The notes beneath the pieces were generated by a model, which was given only the letters and a program-made list of their open reading frames with translations, had not been told where the DNA came from and did no database searches. From positions 42,362-106,361 of the forward strand of contig DATNHM010000064.1 in assembly GCA_035604955.1 (NCBI GenBank): a stretch of 64,000 nucleotides of DNA. The letters are read 5' to 3'. The stretch is from Candidatus Limnocylindrales bacterium. Lineage in GTDB: Bacteria > Verrucomicrobiota > Verrucomicrobiia > Limisphaerales > UBA11358. Shown in pieces: positions 26,429 through 33,414 of the stretch. Both the position numbers and the translations under genes were made by a program. Numbering within the stretch: position 1 is the first letter of the stretch; every line of letters begins with the position of its first letter.

Positions 26429-27325
26429 ATGAAATTGGGTGGATTGATATTAGCCCTTGGAACGCTCGCTTCAACGATTCTCCCGACGGAATCGGCGCGG
26501 TCGGCCACGATACGGGATGACGAGCCGGACAGCAGTTATCTGGCGCTGGCCGCCAGTCCGCAATACGCCCCGGTGGGGACGTTTGTCAACAGTTGGGGCT
26601 ATACCGGCTGCGCCACGCTGATTGCGCCGGATTGGGTGCTGACGGCCGCGCATGTTCTGACCGCCGCCACTTCCGGCACTTTCACCATTAACGGAATGTC
26701 CTACGGCTCGACCCAGCTCATCAGCAATCCGGGCTGGAATGGCACTGCGTTCAACGGTTACGATTTCGGACTGGTGCAACTGAGCACGCCGGTTTCGGGC
26801 ATTACGCCCGCAACGCTCTACACGGGGTCTGCGGATTTGGGAGAAGACCTGACCGGGACGTATGTTGGATTCGGTTTTACCGGAACGGGCCTGACGGGGT
26901 GGCAATCAGGCACCGCCGGTCAGATGCGCGCTTTTCAAAATGTCCTGGATGGAGACGTAGGCAATCCTTCGCTGGTGTTGTGCAGCGATTTTGACAATCC
27001 CGCCGGCACGGCGAACACGTTTGGCAGCGCGACGCCCTTGACGCTGGAAGGCTGCGTGGCGCCGGGCGACAGCGGCGGCGGCGTGTTTATCACGGTTGAC
27101 TCGCAAACGTATCTGGAAGGCGTGATCTCCTTTGTGGCCGCCACCCATGCCAGCGCCGGCAATGCGAATTCCGTTTACGGCGACGTCAGCGGGTCCGGGA
27201 GAGTCTCGGCATTGGTTCCCTGGATAGACAGCATCACCGGAATTCCTGAGCCAACGACATCGGCGCTGCTGGCCGGCGCGGGTCTCGCCATGCTTTTGGG
27301 CTGGCGACGACGGCCAATTCCCTGA
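26429..27325 (+). CDS. trypsin-like (S1) serine protease with PEP-CTERM anchor
   Basis: His motif LTAAHVL, Ser motif GDSGGGVF, signal peptide MKLGGLILALGTLAST, C-terminus IPEPTTSALLAGAGLAMLLGWRRRPIP. Confidence 0.8.
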   Translation: MKLGGLILALGTLASTILPTESARSATIRDDEPDSSYLALAASPQYAPVGTFVNSWGYTGCATLIAPDWVLTAAHVLTAATSGTFTINGMSYGSTQLISNPGWNGTAFNGYDFGLVQLSTPVSGITPATLYTGSADLGEDLTGTYVGFGFTGTGLTGWQSGTAGQMRAFQNVLDGDVGNPSLVLCSDFDNPAGTANTFGSATPLTLEGCVAPGDSGGGVFITVDSQTYLEGVISFVAATHASAGNANSVYGDVSGSGRVSALVPWIDSITGIPEPTTSALLAGAGLAMLLGWRRRPIP

Positions 27326-27486
27326 GCAGCACACCCCGGTCATCATCGCGCTCCGCAGCGCGGCAACGGTTCCGGAAACCACTGGTGGCCTGGGGTTGCG
27401 CCGATATATTTTCCAAAAATTGACGTCATCGGCGTTTGACCTTTTAACCGCGGGTTACACGGATTTTTGACGCGAAGAGGGGAAGT

Positions 27487-27709
27487 CCGCGTAAAAGGCT
27501 GGCGCCTCACGCGGCGGGCCCCGTAAAAGGCGGATGCCTCACGCGGCGGGGCCAACCACGGAATTCAACCACGGATGAACACAGATGAACACGGATGAAC
27601 GCGGATTTTTAGACACGAATTGCACGAATTTTCACGGATAAAGCCGCAAAGCGGCACAAAAGGCACAAGGGCGGAAAGAAAAAGGTTGAAGGCTGAAGGC
27701 GGTGAAGGG
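27487..27709. repeat. tandem 32-bp repeat followed by four concatenated short-period arrays
   Basis: ccSCGTAAAAGGCKGRYGCCTCACGCGGCGGG x2 (27487..27551); (ACGGATGA/ACAGATGA) array ending TTTTT; (CACGAATT)x2; (GCRGCACAAA)x3; (GGYTGAAGG)x3. Confidence 0.8.
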
Positions 27710-27774
27710 AATGGGTGCAGGGTACAGTCAGAACATAGGTAACACTGTTCGGTTCACAGGTCGCCGCCGTGATT

Positions 27775-28101
27775 TCAAGCTGCCAAACCAAGCATACGGG
27801 CGCAAACGGTTTCAATCGCCACAAAGTTCTCTTTCGGAAAAGCGGCAATACGCCGAATGATTTTTGCGTTGTCCACCCCGGCGATGCCCAGCACATTCAC
27901 CACCGATTCCTGTTTGAGCCACGCGGGCTTGGGAAAGTGAACTTCACATTCCCCGCCACGAATCTCCGTGGTCATGGGAACCACGACGGACATGGCGCGT
28001 TCGGCATCGGGGCGGCGCACGGAAACAACCACACACGGTCTGATTTTGGCGGCCATACCCAAATCCACGATCACGACGTCGCCGCGATCAAATTTGGTCA
28101 T
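27775..28101 (-). CDS. mazF: PemK/MazF-family toxin
   Basis: MTKFDRGDVVIVDLG...IRPCVVVS...VVPMTTE is typical of MazF/PemK; 14-nt overlap with the upstream antitoxin. Confidence 0.75.
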   Translation of the reverse strand: MTKFDRGDVVIVDLGMAAKIRPCVVVSVRRPDAERAMSVVVPMTTEIRGGECEVHFPKPAWLKQESVVNVLGIAGVDNAKIIRRIAAFPKENFVAIETVCARMLGLAA

Positions 28102-28303
28102 AATCAATTTCGGGCGCGGGTCCGAGTTTGTTCCACGTATCGGCCACAATAGCTTCCCAGGCACGCGCCGGAGTTTTCACCCTGGGCGCGGGCATGACCC
28201 ACCAGCCGCCCTTTTGGGCGGTGACCAGGTATTGCTGTCCTTTCCGGGTACCGCGTATGGAAACCCGGCCCTTGTCGTCGGCTTTGACCAGCGTGGTTTG
28301 CAT
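28088..28303 (-). CDS. mazE: AbrB/MazE-type antitoxin
   Basis: MQTTLVKADDKGRVSIRGTRKGQQYLVTAQKGGWWVMP SpoVT/AbrB-like N-terminus; the ATG at 28303 lies inside ORF 28088..28489. Confidence 0.65.
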   Translation of the reverse strand: MQTTLVKADDKGRVSIRGTRKGQQYLVTAQKGGWWVMPAPRVKTPARAWEAIVADTWNKLGPAPEIDYDQI

Positions 28304-28406
28304 GTGGGAAAGTTCCCACGGCGCAGGGTGGGTGTCAAGCCAGAGAGCGGCGGGCCCCGTAAAAGGCGGGCGCCTCACGCGGTGGGCCCCGTAAATGGAC
28401 TGGTTT

Positions 28407-28534
28407 GGTGGGGCGAGGCTACTGACGAGCCGGGGTGAAGGGGAAAATCGGTTCAACAAAACGGCTCGCGAGGACGCTCGCCCCACCAAACCAAATCATC
28501 TCAACCGACGGCTCGCGAGGACGCTCGCCCCACC
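28407..28534. repeat. REP-B palindrome plus an extra half copy
   Basis: GGTGGGGCGAGGCTACTGACGAGCCG (28407..28432) ... CGGCTCGCGAGGACGCTCGCCCCACC (28462..28487) and again at 28509..28534. Confidence 0.8.
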
Positions 28535-28536
28535 CG

Positions 28537-29838
28537 TCAGCCATTACTCGCCTGCACCAAAATTTTAAGGGAATCCGAAGTTGGTTTGGCGGCCAAAGCC
28601 ACGGCTTCCGCGGTTTGTTCCAACGGAAAGCGATGCGTGATCAACCGGCGCACGTCGAGCCGGCGGGAAAAGACCAGACGCGCGACTTCGGACTGCAAAG
28701 TGAAATCCGACGAGTAGCTGCCGATGAGGTCTTTCTCGTCCAGACAAATTGACGCGAGGTCAATTGGGGAGATTGGGGATGGGAGTTGGGAGTTGGGAGG
28801 AATGGCCACCTCACCCGCATCAAATAATGTTTTCCCTTTAACCCTCACCCGACCTTTGGCCACCCTCTCCCGCTCCCGCGAGCGAGGGGTCTGGCTTTCT
28901 CCCCTGCCATCTGCCATCTGCCATCTGCCATCTGCTCTTTTGGTGTGAGCGAAAAGGAGGACCTGGCCGCCGCCGCGGACGAGGGCCAACGCCTGATGCA
29001 CGGCGGCATCGGAGGAAACGGCGATGATGGCGGCGTCCAAATTGGGAATTGTAGGAGACGAGGTGACGAGCCTCTTATTCATCCCAGGTTTTGGATTTCG
29101 GACTTCGAGTTTTTCAGTTAGAGCCTCGTCACCTCGGCTCCTACTGACATTAATCGTCCAGCGGGCGCCGAATTTTTTGGCGAGTTTCAACCTGGATTCG
29201 AGCAAATCGGTGGCGAGGACGCGCGCGCCGGCGAGTTGCAGCAAGCGCGTGAACATCAGGCCAATCGGCCCCTGCCCCGCCACCAACACAACGTCGCCGC
29301 GCAACAGGTTCAATCGCCGGACGGCCTTGAGCACGGTGTTGACGGGCTCCAACATCGCGCCTTCTTCAAAAGAGTTTTTCGCCGGGATTTTCACGACGCC
29401 GGGCAGGACGAAGGGCATGACGCAGACGTATTCGGCGTAGCCGCCGCCCGCCGGTTCGAAACCGGCGGTGATGCCGGTGCGTTTGTAGGTTTCGCATTGG
29501 GCAAAGGCGTGGTGCCGGCAATAATGGCAATCCAGGCAGGGCACGTGATGGTGGAGGGCGACGCGGTCGCCGACTTTGAGTGACGAGTGACGGGTGACGA
29601 GTGACGGGTTTCCGGCGCCGATCTGGACGATGGTGCCGGCGGTTTCGTGGCCGAAGATGCGCGGGGGCGGGACGGTGCCGTGCTGGATTTTTTTGATGTC
29701 GGTGGGGCAGACGCCGCAGACGGCGACCTTGACGAGCAGTTCATTCGGGCCGAGGCGCGGGACGGGGACGGTTTCGAGGCGCAGGTCGTTGACGCCGCGA
29801 TAAACGACGGCGCGCATGGTTTTGGGAATGGCGAACAC
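28537..29838 (-). CDS. zinc-dependent medium-chain alcohol/threonine dehydrogenase family protein carrying three in-frame repeat insertions
   Basis: GVCPTD, GHE, structural-Zn cluster CLDCHYCRHHAFAQC, Rossmann VAGQGPIG. It has extra segments relative to typical MDR dehydrogenases, encoded by repeats at 29578..29608, 29051..29144 and 28763..28935. Start at 29838 or 29817. Confidence 0.8.
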   Translation of the reverse strand: MFAIPKTMRAVVYRGVNDLRLETVPVPRLGPNELLVKVAVCGVCPTDIKKIQHGTVPPPRIFGHETAGTIVQIGAGNPSLVTRHSSLKVGDRVALHHHVPCLDCHYCRHHAFAQCETYKRTGITAGFEPAGGGYAEYVCVMPFVLPGVVKIPAKNSFEEGAMLEPVNTVLKAVRRLNLLRGDVVLVAGQGPIGLMFTRLLQLAGARVLATDLLESRLKLAKKFGARWTINVSRSRGDEALTEKLEVRNPKPGMNKRLVTSSPTIPNLDAAIIAVSSDAAVHQALALVRGGGQVLLFAHTKRADGRWQMADGRGESQTPRSRERERVAKGRVRVKGKTLFDAGEVAIPPNSQLPSPISPIDLASICLDEKDLIGSYSSDFTLQSEVARLVFSRRLDVRRLITHRFPLEQTAEAVALAAKPTSDSLKILVQASNG

Positions 29839-29850
29839 GGGGGAGTTTTA

Positions 29851-30104
29851 ACCGCGGATGACGCGGATGACACGGATTTTTTTGACGGAAAGACGACTAA
29901 CCGCAAAGAGGCAAAGACGCAGAGAACACTGGAAGATCAGGATTAAGAGTAAGATTAAGATTAAGATTTTTGGCGGAACCGTGAAAGACACGAAATTTTA
30001 GACACGGATTACACGGATAAACACGGATTTTTTGAAGGAGTCAGCAGTCAATAGTCAGTGGTCAGCAGCTTTTTACGCGTCACCTGTCACACGCCACATG
30101 TCAC
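29851..30104. repeat. field of six different short-period arrays, most ending in a T-run
   Basis: (CGGATGA) 29851..29883; (GCAAAGA/CGCAGAG) 29899..29934; (GATTAAG) 29938..29971; (ACACGGAT) 29985..30034; (GTCAGYA) 30040..30075; (CGYCACN) 30076..30104. Confidence 0.85.
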
Positions 30105-31922
30105 TCATTGGGGTGGCGGGGCCAAAAAGGTGTGGAGGCCGATCGGGAATTGGGGAGATTCCAACCAGTCGGCCAGAAGATTTAACTCGATACCGGTGAA
30201 ACCGATGGTGGATTTGCGGGTGAAGGACAGTTGATTGGGGCCGGTTTGGGTAATGACGGTGAGACTGGCGCCGAGCCTGGGAGCAATGTCTTTAAGCCAG
30301 AGCGTCGCCGGAGCACTGAATGGCAACTGGTCCTTATTGCAAACAAGGCGGGCAAACTGGCCCATGTAAAGCCATTGTTCGGTTCGCGGGCCGGTGATTT
30401 CCCAATCGTAATAGACCGCATTGGTCCGGTTCAAGACGGCTTGCAGCGATTGAAGCGACAGTGGCAGGGCAGGTGGTATTGGTTGGAACGCGCCGCCAAA
30501 AATGAAGCTCTGGCGGTTGATGTTCGTATAAAGCACGAATGGGTACATATATGGGACGCCCTTCCACTCCAAGCCGTTGAAGGCGGCAGATTTTTCGAAC
30601 TTTGAAAGACCGTTTGTCGGAAACCAGCGGTATTGCTTTCGCAAGACCAAATCGGTCAGCCTGGAAACCGTGTTGCTGGCTTCCGGGAGCGGCGTCGCGA
30701 AATAGCTGAGCATATTAAGCCCCGGCATCGCCCAAAAACAGATCTGATCCGGCGGCGGGCCGATTTGGAGATTAGTCCAGAATGGCGATGAGGCCAGCCA
30801 GGGCTGGAATCCCCGAATGGCAGTGAAACCGGACAGATGTTCATCAATCAGATTGGTGGGGATGTTCCACGGTTTCAGTTCGAGCGCCAGCGGCTCCGGA
30901 AAATCGACCGTGCCGTTCAACAAGACGTTGGTGACGTCACCGGTCGCGGACAGATGAAGGCGGTTGAGAGTGAAAATGTCTTTCGAACCCACCTCACCCC
31001 GGCCACTGGATTTGTTCTCATCCCCACCACCCTCAACCGCCCTGTGGGCACCTTCTCCCGCTCCCGCGAGCGAAGGAACTTCCCCCGCTGTACGGGCGGA
31101 GAGGGAGAAGACAGCGGCGAGTCGCGCCGGGTCGAGGTCGGCTTCGAGCCAGTCTCCCGGGTTCCGTACGTTCCAGGGCGGCAGGGCACGGTGCGTTCGG
31201 AGCCGCAGTTCGGCAATCAAACCATTGAAGTCTTCAGCCGCCCCCACGATGGTCCACGCGCCAATACGGGTCAGCTCAATGACGTTGGGGGAATGATGCT
31301 TTTTGAGCGACCAGCCGTATGAACCCTGAGGTGCCGGGACAGGCTGGAGGCTGGTCAATGATTCCAGGACCGCGGCGAGATTGGTCTGCCACAAGGCGGC
31401 GCGCTGGTCGTCCAGCCGGATGGCCAAGGCAAGCTCAGCCGGTTGATTGGCTACCTGACGAATTTCCAGATACGACTCACCGGCGACCAGATCGTCCAGC
31501 AACGGCCGCAAAAGAGCGGCGGCATTGGTGTCAAGGTTGCGATGCAGCAAAGGCCAGGGGGCGAGGGAAAGTTTGTCCAGGGTTTGTTGTTCGAGCCGCC
31601 GGCTTTCGGGCAGGTTCCAAATCGTCAGCAAAGAAGCCGCATTGGTCCCGCCGGAGAGCTGTTTCATTCCCGACCAGTGAACGCGGGCAACAATCGGCAT
31701 GGAAGCCGTCGGCGGCGTCTGGCCCGGAGGCGTGTTTTCGGCGGACTGGGCTGGCCGGGCGCCGGCCAGCAACATAACGGCGGCAAACAGGATGAATAGG
31801 TTTCCATTTTGCCCGGAAAATCGTTTGCCGTATAACGATTTTGCCGGATGCAAAAAGGCAACGCGTGGCATGTTCATTATCCGCTGTTTTATGCCAAAAC
31901 CAGGGGCCATCGGCAATTTCAA
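30105..31922 (-). CDS. hypothetical secreted protein (no recognised domain), contains one in-frame ~105-bp repeat element
   Basis: 605-aa ORF with a hydrophobic N-terminal segment LFILFAAVMLLAGARPAQS; start ambiguous among M1/M16/M18. Confidence 0.55.
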   Translation of the reverse strand: MKLPMAPGFGIKQRIMNMPRVAFLHPAKSLYGKRFSGQNGNLFILFAAVMLLAGARPAQSAENTPPGQTPPTASMPIVARVHWSGMKQLSGGTNAASLLTIWNLPESRRLEQQTLDKLSLAPWPLLHRNLDTNAAALLRPLLDDLVAGESYLEIRQVANQPAELALAIRLDDQRAALWQTNLAAVLESLTSLQPVPAPQGSYGWSLKKHHSPNVIELTRIGAWTIVGAAEDFNGLIAELRLRTHRALPPWNVRNPGDWLEADLDPARLAAVFSLSARTAGEVPSLAGAGEGAHRAVEGGGDENKSSGRGEVGSKDIFTLNRLHLSATGDVTNVLLNGTVDFPEPLALELKPWNIPTNLIDEHLSGFTAIRGFQPWLASSPFWTNLQIGPPPDQICFWAMPGLNMLSYFATPLPEASNTVSRLTDLVLRKQYRWFPTNGLSKFEKSAAFNGLEWKGVPYMYPFVLYTNINRQSFIFGGAFQPIPPALPLSLQSLQAVLNRTNAVYYDWEITGPRTEQWLYMGQFARLVCNKDQLPFSAPATLWLKDIAPRLGASLTVITQTGPNQLSFTRKSTIGFTGIELNLLADWLESPQFPIGLHTFLAPPPQ

Positions 31923-31933
31923 TTACGGTCGGC

Positions 31934-31993
31934 GGTCAGCAGTCAGTAGTCAGTAGTTTTTACCCGTCCCTTGTCACTCGTCACTCGTCACGC
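31934..31993. repeat. composite module (CAGYAGT)n-TTTTTA-(CCGTCAC-like)n
   Basis: ggtcagcagtcagtagtcagtagtttttacccgtcccttgtcactcgtcactcgtcacgc; same architecture as 30040..30104 and 26140..26207. Confidence 0.85.
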
Positions 31994-32064
31994 ACCAGGA
32001 TTTTCAACGGCATCCATTTCGCGAACGGCTTGTCATTCTCGCGCGCGGGATTATCCTTGGGGCT

Positions 32065-32679
32065 GTGAACAAAACGTGGCATCGCTGGCTGCCGGTGATT
32101 TTCGTGGCGCTGGTGGCGTTGAGCCGCTGGCCGGGGTTGTTGCCGCCTAATTTCAGCGCGGCCACGGCCCTGGCGTTTTGCGCGGGCGTTTATCTGTCCG
32201 GGGCCATGGCCTGGTGGCTGCCGCTGGGCACCATGGCCGTGACCGACGTGGCGCTGAACGTGTTCTATTATCACACGTCCCCGGTGGGCGGTTATCTGCT
32301 GTTGAATTACCTGGTTTACGCGGCCCTCATCTGGTTCGGACGGCAAATGGGAAGGCGCGCGTCCTTCCTCAAGCTGCTGGCGGGCGGGGTGCTGGGCGCG
32401 ATGGCATTTTATCTGATTACCAACACGCTGGCGTGGCTGGAAAACCCGGTCTATGCCCGGACCCTGGCCGGCTGGATCCAGGCGCTGACGAGCGGCCAAC
32501 CCGGTTTTCCGCCGACCTGGGAATTTTTCCGAAACACCCTCATGAGCGGCGGGCTGTTCACCGCCCTGTTCGTGGCGGCAATGAAACTGACCGCGCCGGC
32601 CGAATCGCCCGTGGAAAAGGAGGCGGGCGCGCGCCCGGCGCCGGAAACCGAGGAAGAACCGGAGGAGGCAAAGGCGTAA
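32065..32679 (+). CDS. hypothetical polytopic membrane protein
   Basis: 204 aa with five to six hydrophobic helices and an acidic C-terminal tail; no motif recognised. Confidence 0.55.
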   Translation: MNKTWHRWLPVIFVALVALSRWPGLLPPNFSAATALAFCAGVYLSGAMAWWLPLGTMAVTDVALNVFYYHTSPVGGYLLLNYLVYAALIWFGRQMGRRASFLKLLAGGVLGAMAFYLITNTLAWLENPVYARTLAGWIQALTSGQPGFPPTWEFFRNTLMSGGLFTALFVAAMKLTAPAESPVEKEAGARPAPETEEEPEEAKA

Positions 32680-32775
32680 CATGTGGCGAGTGGCGGGTGG
32701 CGAGAGACGCGATTTTGCCGCCGGCCGCCCACAGCTATCCCCTCTCGTCACCCGTCACCTGTCACCTGTCACTCT

Positions 32776-33240
32776 ATGAAGATAGGCGTCATTTCGGACA
32801 CGCATAACTTTTTGGACCCGAAAATCCCGGAACGGTTTGCGGGGGTGGGCCACATTCTGCACGCGGGCGACATCGGATTGCCGTGGATTTTGCAGGAGCT
32901 GGAACAGGTCGCGCCGGTCACGGCGGTGAGCGGCAACACAGACGATCCGGCGTTGCGTTATGCGGCAGCCAAAACCGTCGAACTCGCCGGCCGGAAATTC
33001 TTCATCCAGCATATCGTCCGGCCGCACGATTTGAATGAAGACCTGAAACGACGCCTCGCGCGCGAACGGCCAGACGTGGTGGTGTTCGGCCATACGCACC
33101 AGCGTTTTTGCGAGTCGCTGAACGGCGTGCTGTATTTCAACCCCGGTTATGCGGGCCAGCCGAAGTTGGGTGCGGAACGGAGCGTGGCCATTTTGCACTG
33201 CGACAGGAAGGGAATCCGTGCAGAATATGTGGAGTTGTGA
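32776..33240 (+). CDS. YfcE/MJ0936-family metallophosphoesterase
   Basis: MKIGVISDTHN, HAGDIG, GNTD, GHTH motifs in canonical order. The ATG follows directly after the (CGTCACY) array 32743..32774. Confidence 0.8.
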   Translation: MKIGVISDTHNFLDPKIPERFAGVGHILHAGDIGLPWILQELEQVAPVTAVSGNTDDPALRYAAAKTVELAGRKFFIQHIVRPHDLNEDLKRRLARERPDVVVFGHTHQRFCESLNGVLYFNPGYAGQPKLGAERSVAILHCDRKGIRAEYVEL

Positions 33241-33258
33241 TTCGCCCATGCCCCCCCC

Positions 33259-33368
33259 CGGCTCGTCAGTAGCCTCGCCCCACCGCCTAGCGGGATGTGA
33301 CGAGTGACGAGTGACGAGTGACATGAAAAGCGCGGACCGTTGACTGCTGACTACTGACTTTTGACTGC
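33259..33368. repeat. REP-B half copy, (GTGACGA)x4 array and (TGACTRC)x4 array
   Basis: cggctcgtcagtagcctcgccccacc 33259..33284; gtgacgagtgacgagtgacgagtgac 33297..33323; ttgactgctgactactgacttttgactgc 33340..33368. Confidence 0.8.
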
Positions 33369-33414
33369 AGCGTTTTTGCTTTCGCTGCCGCGCCGCCTTT
33401 GTTAAAGAAATCGC

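Noticed and set aside
8841-28398. The idea that the TA/IVS/GxxExxY cassettes form a chromosomal integron.
   Set aside because: There is no intI-type integrase. The cassettes are not contiguous or co-oriented, and the boundary repeats differ between cassettes and show no recognisable attC R''/R' core (GTTRRRY).
15205-33324. ORFs containing WWGEATDEP, YGAHRVRRPPF, LVTRHSSLVTR or similar peptides (for example 15205..15429, 27968..28438, 32755..33324).
   Set aside because: They are translations of REP-B, the 32-bp repeat or heptamer arrays. The same peptide appears wherever the DNA repeat appears, in intergenic positions.
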